52,070 nucleotides of DNA from Candidatus Peregrinibacteria bacterium CG_4_9_14_0_2_um_filter_41_14 (GTDB lineage: Bacteria; Patescibacteriota; Gracilibacteria; UBA1369; UM-FILTER-41-14). Each line of letters opens with the position of its first letter. The stretch's first letter is position 1. Shown here one piece after another: positions 49,301 to 52,070 of the stretch. The position numbers were made by a program, and so were the translations under genes. Location of the stretch: the NCBI GenBank assembly GCA_002788755.1, contig PFRW01000050.1, positions 1 through 52,070 on the forward strand, read 5' to 3'. Below the pieces are notes generated by a model, which saw only the letters and a program-made list of their open reading frames with translations, was not told the origin of the DNA and made no database searches.

Positions 49301-51093
49301 CTGTGGCCGTTGGCCGTGGTGACGCAATTATTCCGGTTGTGGAAATTGACTATAATGGGGTTACATACCACTTGGATGATACCTTACCGGTAATAAGCCG
49401 TAATCAATCCGTAAAATTTAGTGCCGGAAAATCATTAAACAGTAATGGCACAAAAACGGGTCTGGAATATAGTTGGAACTTTGGAGATGGGCGCTTTGCC
49501 GATGGCGCAGCGGCCACTCATACATTTACGGACTTGGCACCAAATCCACCCGGATACTTTGAAGTAACACTGCAAGCGGGCAATAGCCTTGGTCAAAGTG
49601 AAACTATTAATTTTAACTTAAAAGTAGCCAGTGTGCCGCCGGTTATTAAAGATATTGTAGTAACGCCTCTTGTCGAAAATCCGGTGACACCATTTAATGT
49701 GCGTGTAGAAGCACAAGGTGCTGCCGATCCCGATGGATCAATTAAAGAATACCGTTTCTATTATTTTTCTGTTTTAGATCCGGGGCGCATCTTAGGAACT
49801 AAAATTGTGAAAGACCCCACAGCCGAGTTAGAAGTAGATACCTTTGGCGTTGAAGGTGACCGTAATGAATTCGCTTTTTGTGTCGATATTAAAGATAACG
49901 AAGGCAACACAGTTAACTGCCAAGAACGCTTTAAATTGGAAGACCTACCAAAACTAACTGCCACAAACGGCAAAAATGATCCGCCGGTTGCAAGTTTTGT
50001 TGTTGATCGAACCAATGTATTTGTTGGTGAAGAGATCAATTTTAGTAGTACTTCGTCAGATCCCGACGGTGAGATTGTTAGTTATCAATGGGATATTGAC
50101 GGTGATGGTAGTTTTGCCAACGATGAGCCAAAAACACAAAGTGCACTCGTACAAACATATACTCGTCGATCTGCAGAAACAGGTTATCGTGTGCGTCTCA
50201 AAGTTGTTGACGACAAGGGTGCGACTGCAATTTCGGAACCGGTAACAGTCTTTGTAGATAGTATCTTAAAGGCACCAACTGCCGCATTTACAACTAAAAT
50301 AACAAATAGCAAAGTTGATTTTGTGAATAATTCTCGTGCCGATACAAGTAAGGGTGGTGAGCTGGTCGTTAATAATTGGGATTTTGATTTGAGCCGTGAT
50401 AGCGATGGTGATGGCGACAAAACAAATGATGTTGATGCCACCGGTGCGACGCCAAGCCATACTTATGTTGAGGCTGGCACATATCAAGCTAAACTAGCGA
50501 TTGCCGATAATGAAGGCACTGAAGATAGCGTGATTAACACAATTATCATTACCAATGTATCCGCAGCAGGCCCAGCCATTAATAATGGTAAAAGCGCAGC
50601 AGGTTTAAGAGCGGTACTTGATACTGAACCGGCAATTGACCCGGTAACAGATACAATCTACCTGGAAGGTGCCGAAGCCAATGTTACTTTCTTTTTTGAT
50701 GCCAGTTTAGGTGACATTAAAAGTTATATTATTGATCGAAATATCTTCTTTGACACTAATGGTGGTCAACCAAATACGCCTGGTGATGGCATTCGCAATA
50801 ATGATGCTGACTTTATAACGCAAAATCCCCTAGTTCCTTACACAAGTAATTTCCGTCCGGAATGGGAACCTGTTGAAGTTCAGCTAACAGTTGTAGATGC
50901 TAATGGCAATGTTAGCCAAGATCGCGTTAAGGTAACATTTGCTAAACCGGGGCTAGGGCGAGCCACATTAAGTAATGTAAGTAGCACGATGCTAATAATC
51001 ATTCTTGCGATAGTAGGTGGACTTGGTGTATTATTATATGTTGGGTCTTTACTACTTTACCGGCCGAAACGCGGCAAACGTAAATTAAATTAA
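46342..51093 (+). CDS. Giant surface protein: N-terminal T4SS-pilin-like unit, helical region, multiple PKD domains and C-terminal TM
   Basis: IYGGFLYVTDAGAGEQSEKGKKAIMYAIIG; repeated FDxSxSxDPD...Y.WDFGD/WDLDGDG...G.Y.V.L; C-terminal TM followed by a basic tail. Confidence 0.88.
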   Translation: MRKLLSLIGKFLTGAILATMLMVAFGGTEIVAAQDLCGSISGDFGGFIDCNDQITSFTQFSGGLEPVAATGLDPNLTRTDNARDFIKSIVNFALSFLGLIALVIVIYGGFLYVTDAGAGEQSEKGKKAIMYAIIGILIILSSFAIVNTVLKAPGDIGTSGQPGGPGQTNVQQLANYNSAAEQTKDATLEFIRAYENYFNQSVLLQKIMTYKADKLTTRQDIIDYLQFVRRNLADLERRNGTSEGTANLSQASLAARITIDNVVDPSLQLMEDTIQAETTEEAYVKAYRNGIGSFIDDSRKLVDDVVEGVSSAGTAIKSVFTGGDAGLNKRAEDINCYLPPEFRAADRSFDCKGALESTKTNKGSDIIDSVNAYIEDIVIKNGINVDYNDRLEVIVNSTRDIQDNLLNFGTVQVTPEVDRTFTEVINLLGDARAENIAYQINVGPNEFGSNPNVTASEAFQRTAVVRDLLLKFNDLYELLNNIDFVAAFVTATATRGNAPLVVQFDGSGSYDPADQSLTDENYEWDLDGDGQFGRINPDNVMDCKEEKHAVVTCTYKQPGSYRVALRVTSNRPEQIAPGLAYITVSVQEPVAKIDLKTVIDSEEIVVRSYNASGFIERDIDEVRVTLNEASAGEGMVFDARGTALNSEGKQIVRYSWDFGDRTAKLTGSEQEAGRVAHVYTQNGTYSVVLEVEDETGNKDRKIFRVVVTSLAANLRVSEFRGDLNTEFTFDAGRSKSDGGQITQYNWSIAGVDDLDAENAPTLKHRFESPGTYTVTVQIQDSAGNADTVSTEVLVESQTPKAFFTVEFIPSQPSTVILDASNSYDPDEGDVLSFQWTVFNAREGTDFEVLSGKLKGPRADAEKLKLKFNKQRNYVVELKVADQYEDDRLRKETSLQADVNIQSLVDVTIGTDHQQAAILRDGKADVTLHFVSDFAKTIEVDFGDQSQEAGAFTNGSFKVNHTYTQSGLYRVVAHAFGPEGDENSVTTTVAVGRGDAIIPVVEIDYNGVTYHLDDTLPVISRNQSVKFSAGKSLNSNGTKTGLEYSWNFGDGRFADGAAATHTFTDLAPNPPGYFEVTLQAGNSLGQSETINFNLKVASVPPVIKDIVVTPLVENPVTPFNVRVEAQGAADPDGSIKEYRFYYFSVLDPGRILGTKIVKDPTAELEVDTFGVEGDRNEFAFCVDIKDNEGNTVNCQERFKLEDLPKLTATNGKNDPPVASFVVDRTNVFVGEEINFSSTSSDPDGEIVSYQWDIDGDGSFANDEPKTQSALVQTYTRRSAETGYRVRLKVVDDKGATAISEPVTVFVDSILKAPTAAFTTKITNSKVDFVNNSRADTSKGGELVVNNWDFDLSRDSDGDGDKTNDVDATGATPSHTYVEAGTYQAKLAIADNEGTEDSVINTIIITNVSAAGPAINNGKSAAGLRAVLDTEPAIDPVTDTIYLEGAEANVTFFFDASLGDIKSYIIDRNIFFDTNGGQPNTPGDGIRNNDADFITQNPLVPYTSNFRPEWEPVEVQLTVVDANGNVSQDRVKVTFAKPGLGRATLSNVSSTMLIIILAIVGGLGVLLYVGSLLLYRPKRGKRKLN

Positions 51094-51103
51094 CCTTTCT
51101 ACT

Positions 51104-52070
51104 ATGGATGAAGATACAAATACCAATTCAAATCAACAACCGATCGAACCGGAAATGATTGATGTGCGTGAAACCCCTCAATATAAGGAGTATGAAGCGC
51201 AACAAGTAGCTGGCTCCGGATTATTGTTTGAAGACAACCCCGCTTTAAAGATGCAAGGCAATGTAAGTGCCGTGCCGGATGAGACTGTTGAAGAGGCTGT
51301 GGCTGCCGTGGAACAAATGGCTCCCGTGGAACCTGTGGAACCTGTGTCTCCCGAGCAACCCGTGGCTGCCGAGCAACCCGTGGTCACCGAGCAACCCGTG
51401 GCTCCCGTGGAACAAATGGCTCCCGTGGAACCTGTGTCTCCCGAACAACCCGTGGCTCCCGAGCAACCCGTGGCTGCCGAGCAACCCGTGGTCACCGAGC
51501 AACCCGTGGCTCCCGAACAACCCGTGGCTCCCGTGGAACAAATGGCTCCCGTGGAACCTGTGTCTCCCGAACAACCCGTGGCTCCCGAGCAACCCGTGGT
51601 CACCGAGCAACCTGTGGCTCCCGAACAACCCGTGGCTCCCGTGGAACAAATGGCTCCCGTGGAACCTGTGTCTCCCGAGCAACCTGTGGCTCCCGAGCAA
51701 CCTGTGGTCACCGAGCAACCTGTGTCTCCCGAACAACCCGTGGCTCCCGTGGAACAAATGGCTCCCGAACAACCTGTGTCTCCCGAACAACCTGTGTCTC
51801 CCGTGGAACAAATGGCTCCCGTGGAACCTGTGTCTCCCGAGCAACCCGTGGCTCCCGAGCAACCTGTGGTCACCGAGCAACCTGTGTCTCCCGAACAACC
51901 CGTGGCTCCCGTGGAACAAATGGCTCCCGTGGAACCTGTGTCTCCCGAGCAACCCGTGGCTGCCGAGCAACCCTTGGCTCCCGTCGTTCATCAGCATAAA
52001 AAAGGGCACCTACTTGGTATTATGCTGGGTCTAATTGCGGTTTTTGCGATTTTGGGAATTGGCTTTTCGG
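51104..52070 (+). CDS. Acidic Pro/Glu/Val-rich repeat protein with a TM segment (runs off the window end)
   Basis: Manual translation from ATG 51104: MDEDTNTNSNQQP...(EQPVAP)n...HQHKKGHLLGIMLGLIAVFAILGIGFS, open to the window edge. Confidence 0.85.
   Translation, partial: MDEDTNTNSNQQPIEPEMIDVRETPQYKEYEAQQVAGSGLLFEDNPALKMQGNVSAVPDETVEEAVAAVEQMAPVEPVEPVSPEQPVAAEQPVVTEQPVAPVEQMAPVEPVSPEQPVAPEQPVAAEQPVVTEQPVAPEQPVAPVEQMAPVEPVSPEQPVAPEQPVVTEQPVAPEQPVAPVEQMAPVEPVSPEQPVAPEQPVVTEQPVSPEQPVAPVEQMAPEQPVSPEQPVSPVEQMAPVEPVSPEQPVAPEQPVVTEQPVSPEQPVAPVEQMAPVEPVSPEQPVAAEQPLAPVVHQHKKGHLLGIMLGLIAVFAILGIGFS
51308..51982 (+). repeat. Coding tandem repeat: 37 units of 18 bp plus one 9-bp half unit
   Basis: Units encode VEQMAP, VEPVSP, EQPVAA, EQPVVT, EQPVAP, EQPVSP and a final EQPLAP, with a higher-order period of about 108 bp. 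Confidence 0.95.

Noticed and set aside
51178..52034. Three alternative-frame ORFs over the repeat (TGCSGA-, HGLLGS- and PWLPSN-rich), and the idea of a CRISPR array
   Set aside because: These are shadow frames of the 18-bp coding repeat. The frame from ATG 51104 has non-repetitive flanks and a TM. There are no unique spacers and no cas genes.

Overview
Compact chromosomal region of a small-genome bacterium read in genetic code 11 (conserved genes have no in-frame TGA). Gene content points to Patescibacteria/CPR, probably Peregrinibacteria-like (inference): a stand-alone VirB4-type ATPase, VirB2/T4SS-type pilin repeats, a C39 peptidase, a sigma70-r4 plus HTH protein, PKD/TSP3 surface proteins, and few Shine-Dalgarno sites. 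Housekeeping genes are prfA (partial), prmC, rpsU, gyrB, gyrA, rpmE2, tgt, ruvA, htrA, glyA, purD, purF, folD, tmk, dut, rplA, rplK, nusG, secE, tRNA-Val(TAC) and tRNA-Leu(GAG). No integrase, transposase, reverse transcriptase, rRNA or CRISPR array was seen. The strongest candidates for something new are: (1) a two-part cassette inserted between nusG and rplK, with a basic putative ribonuclease-like gene facing a ~62-nt hairpin RNA that has its own promoter and terminator (possible protein-toxin/RNA-antitoxin module); (2) a DUF4256 gene whose 3' end looks like a DGR variable region; (3) two triple-pilin proteins plus a 1583-aa pilin-PKD fusion; (4) a short REP-like palindrome found both between genes and in-frame inside virB4; (5) a 37-unit, 18-bp coding tandem repeat with higher-order structure. 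All calls were made by eye; no database searches were run.
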